Shown in pieces: positions 39,590 through 48,758 of a stretch of DNA of 64,000 nt. The position numbers and the translations under genes are program-made. Source of the stretch: Acidobacteriota bacterium (lineage in GTDB: Bacteria; Acidobacteriota; UBA6911); contig QHZE01000458.1 of assembly GCA_003225335.1 (NCBI GenBank), positions 4,754-68,753 of the forward strand, given 5' to 3'. The first letter of the stretch is position 1. Each line of letters starts with the position of its first letter. The notes beneath the pieces were generated by a model that did not search any database, was not told the origin of the DNA, and saw only the letters and a list, made by a program, of their open reading frames with translations.

Positions 39590-40426
39590 ATGAAACTGAA
39601 GCTTGCGTGTGCCGACTTCACGTTCCCCCTGCTGCCGCACGATCACGTTCTGGATCTCATTGCCGGGCTCGGGATCGAAGGAGTCGATGTCGGCGTGTTC
39701 GGTGAGCGTTCCCACCTCCGCCTGGATCGGGTCGCAAAGGATATCAGGGGTTCCGCCCGGGAACTCTCGGCGAAGATCCGTGACCGCGGGCTGGAGCTTT
39801 CGGACATATTCCTGATTCCCGGCGACTTCAGAACCCTGGCTCCAAACGATCCGGCTCCAGAGATGCGGAGTAAGTCCCGCGATCTCTTTCAGCGCATTCT
39901 TGAATTTACCGCCCGATGCAACGCCCCTCATATGACGGGCCTGCCAGGCGTCCATTGGGAGGAGGAGTCCCTCGAACTGTCTCTTGAGCGCGCGTCGGAC
40001 GATCTGGCCTGGAGGGTCGAGCAGGCGAAACAGGTCGGTGTCACGTTCTCCGTCGAGCCGCACATACACTCGGTCGTGCCGACACCTCCGGAGGCCGAGC
40101 GTCTGGTCAAGATGACACCCGGGCTGACCCTGACGCTGGATTACGGGCACTTCACGTACCTGGGCATCGCGGACGCTGCGGTTGAGCCGCTGCTCCGCCA
40201 CTCCTCGCACTTCCAGGCTCGCGGCGCCTGCAAGTCCCGTCCCCAAGCCTCCTTCAAGGAGAACACCATCGATTTCGCCCGGGTGCTCCGTGCCATGAAG
40301 CGCCTCAAGTACCGGGGATACGTAGCCCTCGAATACGTTTGGATTGAATGGGAGCACTGCAACGAGGTCGACAACCTTTCGGAGACCATTTTGCTGCGTG
40401 ATTTTCTCAGGTCGGTCAAACTGTAG
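39590..40426 (+). CDS. Sugar phosphate isomerase/epimerase (xylose-isomerase-like TIM barrel)
   Basis: MKLKLACADFTFPLL... and the AP-endonuclease-2/TIM-barrel family pattern are present. The start is at the internal ATG 39590, 23 nt after the previous stop. Confidence 0.7.
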   Translation: MKLKLACADFTFPLLPHDHVLDLIAGLGIEGVDVGVFGERSHLRLDRVAKDIRGSARELSAKIRDRGLELSDIFLIPGDFRTLAPNDPAPEMRSKSRDLFQRILEFTARCNAPHMTGLPGVHWEEESLELSLERASDDLAWRVEQAKQVGVTFSVEPHIHSVVPTPPEAERLVKMTPGLTLTLDYGHFTYLGIADAAVEPLLRHSSHFQARGACKSRPQASFKENTIDFARVLRAMKRLKYRGYVALEYVWIEWEHCNEVDNLSETILLRDFLRSVKL

Positions 40427-40448
40427 CTTTACTCCAGGGAGTGTCGTG

Positions 40449-40763
40449 ATGAGATCGAAAGGCATTGCGCTGAGGCTGAGGCCCGGCCGTTACGAAGACT
40501 ACAAACAACGGCACGACGAGTTATGGCCGGAACTGGAGGAGATCCTCGAGGCGAACGGTGTCAGCATGGTCATCTATCGCTTCAACGACTATCTTTTTGT
40601 GCACGAGACGGCCCCATCGGAGGAAGCTTGGGAGAGGTTGGGTGCGCATCCCGTCACGGCGCGCTGGAATGTCTACATGGCGGATGTGCTGGAAACCGAC
40701 GAAGATGGGAATATCCGTTTTTATCGTTTGCCTCTCGCCTTCGCCTTTGGGGAGTTCCGGTAA
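40449..40763 (+). CDS. rhaM: L-rhamnose mutarotase
   Basis: 104 aa. ...LRPGRYEDYKQRHDELWPELEEIL...NDYLFVHETAPSEEAWERLGAHPVTARWNVYMADVLETDEDGN... closely matches the RhaM family pattern (...HEEYxxRHDEIWPEL...). Confidence 0.75.
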   Translation: MRSKGIALRLRPGRYEDYKQRHDELWPELEEILEANGVSMVIYRFNDYLFVHETAPSEEAWERLGAHPVTARWNVYMADVLETDEDGNIRFYRLPLAFAFGEFR

Positions 40764-40799
40764 CTGCCGAATCAGGGCACATTCTTAAGGACCCTTTAT

Positions 40800-41320
40800 G
40801 GAGAACGGATCAGCCGGGGAAGTCGCTCTCGCCCTCGGAGGAGAGCCTCAGGCGGCGATTGTCATCGGGCCAGGTCTCACCGGGAGCGCAACACGAGCTC
40901 GAGTATTTGATCTTCAAGACCGAGACCTACATCTCGCACCTGCAGACCATTCGTGCGTTTCTGGGAGGCTTCATCGCCTATGATGCAGCCTTCCGGGCCA
41001 AGCAAAAGAAGGATGAGAAGCAAATGTTGGATCAGTTTGACATGTGCGAGTTCCTTTTCTCCGAGACCCGGGACCAGGTTTTGAAAACTGTGAAGCAGCT
41101 GGCCGCGTCAGCGTTTGTTGAGGATCCCACAGAGAAGTACCTCCTGTTTCGCTACAACGTACGTTTCGTGCTACCGATCGAGCAGTTCGGCAAGTTCATC
41201 AAGAATGTGGTCAATTTTCACCACGGCCAGCCCTACTGGGAAAGGGTCGACTGGGGTTTGATTGCCCCGGCCCGTACGGGTGACAGGCCGTGTGACGCGC
41301 GTCTCCGACGGGAGGTTTAA
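40800..41320 (+). pseudogene. Orphan fragment: only the C-terminal about 140 aa of the 38395-39567-type domain, with no plausible start
   Basis: ...HELEYLIFKTETYISHLQTIRAFLGG...KNVVNFHHGQPYWERVDW is paralogous (about 75% nt identity) to 39190-39560. The upstream frame overlaps rhaM. Confidence 0.4.
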
Positions 41321-41731
41321 GATGGTCGGAGGCTACCATCTCTCCACGCCCGTAGACATGGGGCGGACGGTGGCCCTTCAGGTCGGGAGCATTCACAGCG
41401 TCGTCAGCGCAAAGCTCAATCCCGGGCACGATCCTCTGGTCTACAGGCACATCGGCCTGGAGCCGAAGGACGCGCAGATCGTAGTGGTCAAGTGCGTGGT
41501 AGGGCACATGAAATCCTACGCCGGGATCATGAAGAAAACCATCTGGACCGATTGTCCGGGTGCGACCCCGTCAAACTTGACGCACTCAAGCACCGATTGG
41601 TCCCTCGCCCGCTGTTCCCGCTCGACAGGGCCGGCGTTTTGAACTGCCCTTCAAGGCTGCCGATGGAGCCGACATTGACGATATTTCCCCCGCCGGCTCT
41701 GCGCCCGAACGTGCCTTCGGCCAGGGGTTGA
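41262..41731 (+). pseudogene. MlrC-like (M81 family) C-terminal fragment with an internal frameshift
   Basis: ...RVTRVSDGRFKMVGGYHLSTPVDMGRTVALQVGSIHSVVSAK...VVKCVVGHMKSYAGIMKK... matches the MlrC C-terminal domain. The last part (..VKLDALKHRLVPRPLFPLD) is in another frame. The N-terminal about 350 aa are missing. Confidence 0.5.
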
Positions 41732-42154
41732 AGTATGCCGGAAGTCGGAGGCCACAGTGCCTGTGACGGGCGTCTTCATCTGGGACATGGCCCGGACAGC
41801 CGAGACGGAACCCGCTAAAAAATTTGTTGCTTGTCTGAATTGTATGTTACATATTGTATACATTCGGCACTGGGTGATTCGTTGGGCGGTAGACCCGGGT
41901 TCCTTAAATCAAAGCTCTCCGGTCCCCGTTTATTCCCCCGGGGCTGAAGGCGAAAAGATGGCTCAAGAGGGCGCTTCGTTCGGCGGACTTCGATTTTTTG
42001 GACGCATTTGTGCAACTATTTGCATCTTTTGCCGCAAGGCGCCTTCGACGTGCGGCGTCTAGGTGTTTGATTTAGCTGACCTTGGCAGGTTGTGGCGTTT
42101 CATGGTAAGCATCTTGCTTGTATCCTGTATACAGACTCGAGCGTGGGGGGCACC

Positions 42155-45100
42155 ATGAGTACAAGAAGGTTCGCGCCTTTCTTGACGATCGCTCTTTTTG
42201 TGATCGGCATGAAGGTGTGGGCACAGCAGCCGACCGGAGCAATTGGCGGCCGCGTGGTCGACAGCACTCAGGCCGTCGTTCCCGGAGCGGAGGTGAGCGC
42301 GCACAATCTCGAAACCGGCCTGACACGAAACGGTATCTCCAATGAAGAGGGGCTGTTTCGTTTCCCTGCACTGCCGGCGGGCCGGTACGACTTGACGGTT
42401 AACATGCAGGGGTTCAAAAAGGTGGTTATCAGCAACATCAAGCTGGATGTCGGCAGCATCGTCGACCAAACTGTAGTTCTTGAAATAGGACAGGTGACCG
42501 AACAGGTCACGGTCGAGGCAAACATCAATACCGTCAACACCATCTCCCCCGACCTGGGAGCGGTTGTAGGTGAGCAGATGGTGCGAGAGCTTCCGCTCAA
42601 CGGGCGGAACTTCGTTCAGCTGGCCGGAATCCAGTCCGGGGTTGTGCCGGACACGCACGGCCGCTCGACCGCCGGTGGCATCAACCGTCGCAGCGGGATC
42701 GCTGTGGCGATTTCCGGCAGCCGGCCGAGCTCCACGGCTTTCATTTTCGACGGAATACCATTCAAGGAGCACTTCTACGGCGCTCCCGGAACCCTTCAGC
42801 CTATCGACTCCATCCAGGAGTTCAAGGTGCAGAAGGGCTTCTTTACAGGACGATATGACTCGGCTGGAGTGATCAACCTGGTGACCAAGTCGGGGACCAA
42901 CCGTGTCCATGGAACGATTTGGGAGTTCTTCCGCAACGACAACTTCGATGCGCGGAAGTTCTTTGACGTTGGCAAGCTCCCCGAATTCCGGCAGCACCAA
43001 TACGGCTTCGAGACGGGCGGGCCGGCGATCAGAAACAAGCTGTTCTGGTTCGCCTCTTACGAGGCGGTACGCTTCTTCCGCATCGGCCAGGGATTCGCCA
43101 CTGTTCCGTCGCTGGCCTGGCGTAATGGCGACCTATCGAGCGTGAAGACACCGGTCATGGATCCCTTGACGGGGCAGCCGTTCCCCAATAACCAGATTCC
43201 ATCAACCCGCTTCGCTCCTTTCACCAAGCAGTTCCTGGATGAGGGGTTCATTCCGCCGCCCACACCCGGCCGTGAAAACCTGGCATTCAACTACACAGGA
43301 CAGGCGCCAACAGTGCAGGACGACGATAAGTGGGTGTGGCGAGGTGACTATGTTAAATCGGACAAAGACAAGTTTTTTGGGCGCGCCATCTATTCCAAGT
43401 CGTCTCTTGTTGCGCGGAGCCCGCTGAAGGGCCTGGATGACGACACCCCGCTTCGAGGGACCAACGTCGTTCTGAACTGGACGCACGTATTCACTCCCAG
43501 GTTACTGGTAGACGGGCGGGTGGGATTGAACCGTTCCTGGATGGCCCTGGCGCTCCTTCCCAGCCGTGACACCGACCCGATATGGTCGCAGCAGTTCAAG
43601 ATCAACAACATCAATACGAGCACTCTCTGCAACTTTCCGCCGAGCGCCGACATCGCCGGCATCGGCCGTTTTGGGGGCCGCGGCGACTGCATCCGTCCCA
43701 TTGACAACGACTACTATTACATGGCGGATCTGAATTATACGAGAGGCAAGCACCAGATGGCCTTCGGTTTCACGGTCGTGGACAAGTTCATCCAGCAACT
43801 GGCGGCTTCCTGGACGCAGGGGGCGTTTAGCTTTACCGGGGCCATCACCGGGGACGGTATGGCGGACTTCCTCCTGGGTCACCCGGAGAGCGCCATCGGC
43901 GCGGCTCCGGGTGCACCGAACCGGGTCTCCCTCTGGTGGGATGTTTATTTTGAAGATCAGTATCGGGTGAGTCGGAACTTCAGCTTGACCGCTTCGCTGC
44001 GCTATCAGCTCCATCCCTGGTTCTCGGTCGCCGGATCCACCCCGGCGGACAGAACCATCCACGTTTTTGATCCGGTCCGCCCTGGCGGCGGAGTGACCTT
44101 CGGAGAAAAGGTCATCGACACCGACAGGAACGATTGGGCGCCTCGCCTGGGATTTGCCTGGACGCCCTTCGGAAAGGACGATTTCGTGATCCGCAGCAGT
44201 TTCGGGATCTTCTATGACGAGACCCCTGGCAACCAGATGGGCTGGGATGCGATCGGCCCGGAACGCGGCAGTTTCTCCTCCGCAGGCAGCACCGACCCGA
44301 GGAACCCGGTAGTCATCCAGGGTCTCTTTGCGCCGGCTGTGCCATTCACCCTGACCGGATTCAACGAGGCGTTGGATAAGGGCACGCCGATCGGTCTCCT
44401 CCCCACCATGTTCTCCTCGCGCCGCCGCCAGCCCTATCTCCAGAGCTGGACCCTCAGCATCCAAAAAGCGCTGCCGAAACAGATGCTCGGCGAGGTTGCC
44501 TACGTCGGCCAGCACGGTTTGAAACTGTCCAAGCGCGTGGAACCGAACCGCCCGCTGCCAAGCGCAACCGACACTCGTCCGTTGGACCAGCGGCGTCCGT
44601 GGCGGAATATCGTGATCGTCCTCATGGATGACGGTATTGCCCAGTCCCATTACAACGCCCTGCAACTGTCGCTGCGCAGAACGACGGCCAATTTCAGCTT
44701 CATCGCGGGCTATACCTATTCCAAGGACACAGCCTGGGACGATTACGGCCCCTGGAAGAACTACGCATTGTTCGATCCAGGTAACAGCCGTACCAACTGG
44801 GATGTCCCTCACAGGTTTTCGTTCAGCTGGAATTACGAGATGCCGCATTTGGCTGGTCAAAATGCCCTGGTCCGCCACGGTCTGGGAGGCTGGCAGTTTG
44901 GCGGCATCACCTCCATAGAGAGCGGCACGCCTTTCGGCATCGGTATGTCGGCGGACCGTTCCAATACAGGGACCGTGTTCACCAAGTACCCGAACCGGCT
45001 GCGCGATGGGAGCCTGCCCGGCGATCAGCGCACGCCTGACAGGTGGTTCGACACTTCGGCCTTTGAGCTGCCGCCATTGAACACATACGGAAACGCGGGT

Positions 45101-45337
45101 GCCAACATCCTGGATGCCGATGGGCTGATCAACCAGGACATTGCGCTCATCAAGAACTTCGCTCTCCGGCCTCTGGGAGAGGGGGCGCGAGTGCAGTTCC
45201 GCGCCGAGTTGTTCAATGCTTTCAATCATCCGAACTTCCGCGGCCCGTCTTCGAACGTCCAAGCCAGCACCTTCGGCAGGGTCAGTTCCACGCTCGATGC
45301 CCGCATCATCCAGTTCGCTCTCAAGCTCCATTTCTAA
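42155..45337 (+). CDS. TonB-dependent outer-membrane receptor (CarboxypepD_reg-like + plug + barrel, 1060 aa)
   Basis: Signal peptide MSTRRFAPFLTIALFVIGMKVWAQQ. ...IGGRVVDSTQAVVPGAEVSAHNLETGL...GLFRFPALPAGRYDL. C-terminus ...IQFALKLHF. It is a paralog of 6502-9702. Confidence 0.8.
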   Translation: MSTRRFAPFLTIALFVIGMKVWAQQPTGAIGGRVVDSTQAVVPGAEVSAHNLETGLTRNGISNEEGLFRFPALPAGRYDLTVNMQGFKKVVISNIKLDVGSIVDQTVVLEIGQVTEQVTVEANINTVNTISPDLGAVVGEQMVRELPLNGRNFVQLAGIQSGVVPDTHGRSTAGGINRRSGIAVAISGSRPSSTAFIFDGIPFKEHFYGAPGTLQPIDSIQEFKVQKGFFTGRYDSAGVINLVTKSGTNRVHGTIWEFFRNDNFDARKFFDVGKLPEFRQHQYGFETGGPAIRNKLFWFASYEAVRFFRIGQGFATVPSLAWRNGDLSSVKTPVMDPLTGQPFPNNQIPSTRFAPFTKQFLDEGFIPPPTPGRENLAFNYTGQAPTVQDDDKWVWRGDYVKSDKDKFFGRAIYSKSSLVARSPLKGLDDDTPLRGTNVVLNWTHVFTPRLLVDGRVGLNRSWMALALLPSRDTDPIWSQQFKINNINTSTLCNFPPSADIAGIGRFGGRGDCIRPIDNDYYYMADLNYTRGKHQMAFGFTVVDKFIQQLAASWTQGAFSFTGAITGDGMADFLLGHPESAIGAAPGAPNRVSLWWDVYFEDQYRVSRNFSLTASLRYQLHPWFSVAGSTPADRTIHVFDPVRPGGGVTFGEKVIDTDRNDWAPRLGFAWTPFGKDDFVIRSSFGIFYDETPGNQMGWDAIGPERGSFSSAGSTDPRNPVVIQGLFAPAVPFTLTGFNEALDKGTPIGLLPTMFSSRRRQPYLQSWTLSIQKALPKQMLGEVAYVGQHGLKLSKRVEPNRPLPSATDTRPLDQRRPWRNIVIVLMDDGIAQSHYNALQLSLRRTTANFSFIAGYTYSKDTAWDDYGPWKNYALFDPGNSRTNWDVPHRFSFSWNYEMPHLAGQNALVRHGLGGWQFGGITSIESGTPFGIGMSADRSNTGTVFTKYPNRLRDGSLPGDQRTPDRWFDTSAFELPPLNTYGNAGANILDADGLINQDIALIKNFALRPLGEGARVQFRAELFNAFNHPNFRGPSSNVQASTFGRVSSTLDARIIQFALKLHF

Positions 45338-45578
45338 AAACGAGCGCTGGCGCCCTTGGGGGCCGGCCCCGTCGCGGGCCGGTCTCCGTCCCTCTCTATT
45401 CTGGCGGCCTCCGACTGAGACTCACCGGCTGCCGTTTGTGCGAGAGGCTCGTGCGCGGGAGGTGCGATGCGCCTGGCCAGATCGGGCTCACGCAGGGTCC
45501 CAGGGCAGAAATCGTGGACTCCAGCGGAGCCATGATAAATTGTGACAGACACCATACATTCGGGAGGTAGGGAATCCC

Positions 45579-45992
45579 ATGAGAGGTAGGGTACAAAGAC
45601 ACAAATTCAGCCCGTTTCTGATTGGTGCGGCGGGACTGCTTCCCTGGGCCCTGGCCGGCCAGGGCCGGGCAACGCAGGACATCGTCATGGATTCGGGCGA
45701 GGAAAAGGTCACTATAACTCAAGACGAGCTTGAGAAGGGGCAGAAGGTCTTCGAGAAGGAATGCGTCACCTGTCATATGAAGACCGAGCTGGTTGCAAAG
45801 AACCCGACCATGGACCTGACCGATGGAAAGTGGAAACATGGCGGCAAGCTTTCTCAGATCGAGCACACGATCCGAGAAGGGATTCCCGACACCGACATGG
45901 CGCCGCTGAAAGAAAAACTCTTGCCCCGTGAGATCAGGTACGTCGCCAAGTATGTCGTGTATCTGAACTACGGAAAAGAAGGGCAGAAATAA
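45579..45992 (+). CDS. Cytochrome c (single CxxCH), secreted
   Basis: Signal peptide. Heme-binding motif CVTCH. 137 aa. Confidence 0.6.
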   Translation: MRGRVQRHKFSPFLIGAAGLLPWALAGQGRATQDIVMDSGEEKVTITQDELEKGQKVFEKECVTCHMKTELVAKNPTMDLTDGKWKHGGKLSQIEHTIREGIPDTDMAPLKEKLLPREIRYVAKYVVYLNYGKEGQK

Positions 45993-46007
45993 GGGGGGGC
46001 CGAGCGA

Positions 46008-46364
46008 GTGTCGCTGACTACGATCCTTCTCGCTGCCGTCCTGCTAAGCTCCGCCTCGCCGGGTGACGAGGAAAGGAGCGTCGAAGGGACCCTCGTCGAT
46101 CAGAAGTGCGCTCCTTTCTACCAGGAATCGGCAGCCGACCTTCCTGCCCATGGAAAGCGTTGTGCGCTCGGCTGTAGGGAAAGCGGCTACGGGGTGATGG
46201 TTGGAAGGAAGTACATCTCCTTCAACTCCCAGGGAAGCCGCCTGGCCGAGGAGTGGCTCGAGAAAACGACAAAAGAGACCGATCTCAGAGTTGTCGTGAT
46301 CTTCGTCCTCGACAGCGCCAGCCAGAGCTATACGGTAAAAAGCATCAACAACCCCCGGGAGTAG
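46008..46364 (+). CDS. Hypothetical small secreted protein (GTG start)
   Basis: N-terminal hydrophobic signal-like segment. No recognisable family. Confidence 0.3.
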   Translation: MSLTTILLAAVLLSSASPGDEERSVEGTLVDQKCAPFYQESAADLPAHGKRCALGCRESGYGVMVGRKYISFNSQGSRLAEEWLEKTTKETDLRVVVIFVLDSASQSYTVKSINNPRE

Positions 46365-46485
46365 CGGGGCGATCTTTTCTTCGGGACCACGGCGAGTTCG
46401 ATCTTCTGCCTCGTCAGGTGAGCTCCACATCCCTGTCGCCCAGAAGGGATGCGATGGGGATCGAGCGTACGGCCTTGTCTAAATC

Positions 46486-46700
46486 CTAGGAAATCGTAAA
46501 TGTGTCGGCTGCCACGATGCGACCGCAGGATTCCTCTTCTTTCTCGCCAGGCTGTCTGGCCGCGGCGAGGACGGACTGGGCAGAGCCTTTAGGAACAATG
46601 AAGCCACCGTCATCATCGCCGATGACCAGGTCTCCCGGTCGACCGTGATGCCCGTTTCGAACGATGTCCGCCGACCTGGCTAGCTTAGCTGAAAAGAGGC
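46486..46700 (-). pseudogene. RraA-family (regulator of RNase E activity A / HMG-CPA aldolase-like) C-terminal remnant, about 70 codons, no start
   Basis: ...VRNGHHGRPGDLVIGDDDGGFIVPKGSAQSVLAAA... matches the conserved RraA C-terminus (PGDxxVxDDDGVVxxP). The frame runs straight into the tRNA-Cys 3' end, and the N-terminal about 110 aa are absent. Confidence 0.55.
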
Positions 46701-46776
46701 TGGAGGCGCCGAGCGGATTCGAACCGCTGCATAAAGGTTTTGCAGACCTCTCCCTTAGCCACTTGGGTACGGCGCC
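46701..46776 (-). tRNA. tRNA-Cys (anticodon GCA), 73 nt + encoded CCA
   Basis: A manual fold gives: acceptor GGCGCCG/CGGCGCC; U8 A9; D-stem CCC/GGG; anticodon stem GAGGU/ACCUU; loop CUGCAAA (anticodon GCA); T-arm AGCGG-TTCGAAT-CCGCT; discriminator U73, a Cys identity element; CCA. Confidence 0.9.
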
Positions 46777-46930
46777 TCAGTATCACAAGGCAGGAATCTT
46801 TTTAGCTACTTTCGGCGACATTTTCAAGGGTTTCCCGCATCGCATGATCATCAACCAGCCAGGATTCGCGTCGTGTCCGCGCCTCCAGCAGTGTCGGCTT
46901 GGACGCCTGAGCCGACCAGACCTCGATTTG

Positions 46931-46976
46931 GCCACAGAGCCACGGAGAAGTCTCTGTGTCTCCGTGGCTCTGTGGC
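46931..46976. other. Perfect 18-bp-stem hairpin (gccacagagccacggaga-agtctctgtg-tctccgtggctctgtggc)
   Basis: It lies about 95 bp downstream of the REC-HD-GYP gene stop. There is no U-tract on either strand, so it could be a terminator, a processing site or a protein-binding site. Confidence 0.3.
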
Positions 46977-47070
46977 TGAAGATCTGATTCGAGTTAATTC
47001 GTGGATTCGCGGGTCAGGTCGGATTCATCCGCGTCAATCGGCGTGCATCTGCGGTTCCGTACCTGCAGAA

Positions 47071-48213
47071 TCAGGCTCCAATTTCCAAAAGGGTGGCATC
47101 AAGGGGCAAAATATCCTCGGCATCCATCGGGGATTCCTGGCGACACGTATCCTGGATTTTGCGCGCCTCTTCAAGATTCTCAAAGAAGACGTCGAGTATC
47201 TGGGGATCGAAGTGGGAGCCACGGCCTTTGAGCATTGCTTCGCAGGCTCGTTCGTTGCTGAGGGCCTCCTTGTACGGCCGCGGGGTAGTCAGAGCATCAA
47301 ACACATCCGCAACAGCACAGATACGCCCGTACAACGGGATCTCTTCTCCGGCGAGCCCATAAGGGTAGCCCGTACCATCCCACTTCTCGTGATGGGAAAG
47401 GGCAATGCTCTCCCCTGCTTGCAGGAGCTTCGAGAGAGAGCCGTGTAGGATACAAGCGCCGATGACAGTGTGGCGTTTCATAATGGCCCATTCAACCGGA
47501 TTGAGCTTGCCGGCCTTCAGCAGGATGGCGTCAGGAATGCCGATCTTTCCCACATCATGCATCGGACTGGCATAGCGTAGGATCTCCACCTCGCCTGGAG
47601 GCAAGTCGAGGCTCCGGCCAATAAGGGCGCAGTAGTGGCTCATGCGTTGAATGTGAGCTGCCGTGTTCCCGTCTTTGTATTCTGCCGCCACAGCCAGACG
47701 TTGGATGGTGTCGAGGTGAGCGTCGTAGGCGCTCCGTTGAGCCTCAGCCATGGCCTGCAACGCCTGGTGGAGATCGGCCGTGCGCTTGCGCACCGTTTGC
47801 TCCAGGAGGGCTTGATTCCTCCTAAGCGCGTCCCGGGCTTCCTTCGTCTTCAGCAAAGACGACAGACGGACTCCGAGTTCTGTCAGGTCGACCGGTTTGG
47901 AGATAAAGTCATTTGCGCCCGCTTCGACCGCACGGAGCCGGGACTGTTTGCCGGACAGAGCCGTCACCATAACGATCGGGATCTCGTCAAGATCCGGATT
48001 ATTGCGAATTTGTTTGGCCACTTCGAAGCCGTCCATTCCGGGCATCGTCGCATCCAGAAGTACGAGGTCTATCTCCAGCTTCACCTTGGCCAGCGCTTCG
48101 ATTCCGTCCCGAGCACATTCAGACTCGTACCCTAAACAAGACACCATTGAGGCCAGCGTCTCTCTGTTGGGCTCTTCGTCATCTACGATTAAAATCTGTT
48201 TAAGGCGGTGCAT
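47071..48213 (-). CDS. Response regulator with an HD-GYP phosphodiesterase output domain (REC + HD-GYP)
   Basis: The REC domain is present (ILIVDDEEPNRE...D..MPGMDG...K). The HD-GYP motifs are present (HHEKWDGTGYPYGL). The start is at the internal ATG 48213, because the ORF track's 48273 is a GTG. Confidence 0.8.
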   Translation of the reverse strand: MHRLKQILIVDDEEPNRETLASMVSCLGYESECARDGIEALAKVKLEIDLVLLDATMPGMDGFEVAKQIRNNPDLDEIPIVMVTALSGKQSRLRAVEAGANDFISKPVDLTELGVRLSSLLKTKEARDALRRNQALLEQTVRKRTADLHQALQAMAEAQRSAYDAHLDTIQRLAVAAEYKDGNTAAHIQRMSHYCALIGRSLDLPPGEVEILRYASPMHDVGKIGIPDAILLKAGKLNPVEWAIMKRHTVIGACILHGSLSKLLQAGESIALSHHEKWDGTGYPYGLAGEEIPLYGRICAVADVFDALTTPRPYKEALSNERACEAMLKGRGSHFDPQILDVFFENLEEARKIQDTCRQESPMDAEDILPLDATLLEIGA

Positions 48214-48707
48214 CAATTTACTTTTTTCCCTATCCAGGGCAGATTCAGCTCTGACACCCTTGAAAATGGGCACAGAATGCAGTCCTGTACCCTGAGGAAC
48301 CGGAGGGCTCTGCTTGATCGTCCCGCCGAGTCCGACACGTTAGACGTGAACTTGAGACTTGGCGCTTATTCTCCAGAAGGAATCATGTGAAAGTCCGTGT
48401 CCCGTAGACTTGATCGGCAGGTTTGTACTCCAATTAGCAACCTTTCGGGGACAAAATTCGACCCTGGGCGCACCGGAACCAAGGAAACGACTCCGGCACT
48501 GATCGACTTCTGGACTTAAGCTCTTCGACTTGCTGAGGTTAGGATGGAGGTCGAAACGGAATTCGACCCCGCGCTTTCAACCTTGGCAATGCCTCCGGCA
48601 GCACAAAGCAGGCAGGTGAAACGTCAAAACACCGGCGCATGGCCGTCTCGGCCATGACCGGCTTAGATCCCCACTTCCCACGGGCGGGACACCCGTGCCA
48701 CGAGCCT

Positions 48708-48747
48708 GATGCAAATTTGACCGAATTGTGACTTTGTGCGCACCAAG
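48708..48747. repeat. Third copy of the 40-45-bp motif tgatgcaaatttgacc..ttgtgactttgtgcgcaccaag
   Basis: It matches the arms of the 24778-25271 element. It lies just 3' of the PaaK-like gene stop (48759). Confidence 0.4.
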
Positions 48748-48758
48748 AAAACACCGGC

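Noticed and set aside
40523-40800. The 265-aa ORF 40523-41320 as an intact gene.
   Set aside because: Its first about 90 codons overlap rhaM in another frame and have no protein-like composition. Only the last about 140 codons are homologous to a real domain, so it was called a fragment.
43502-45331. A 609-aa ORF antisense to the second TonB-dependent receptor. Similar long antisense ORFs lie at 716-2260, 2365-3411, 13396-14577, 15612-16466, 22646-23407, 29301-31310 and 59658-61532.
   Set aside because: These are typical GC-rich shadow ORFs. They sit opposite well-supported genes, have Arg/Ala/Pro-rich low-complexity translations, no domain signatures and no ribosome-binding sites.
45350-45380. 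A GC-rich hairpin (ccggccc-cgtcgc-gggccgg) after the TonB-dependent receptor gene, as a rho-independent terminator.
   Set aside because: There is no downstream U-tract on the transcribed strand. It may still be a terminator in a high-GC organism, but it cannot be supported from sequence alone.
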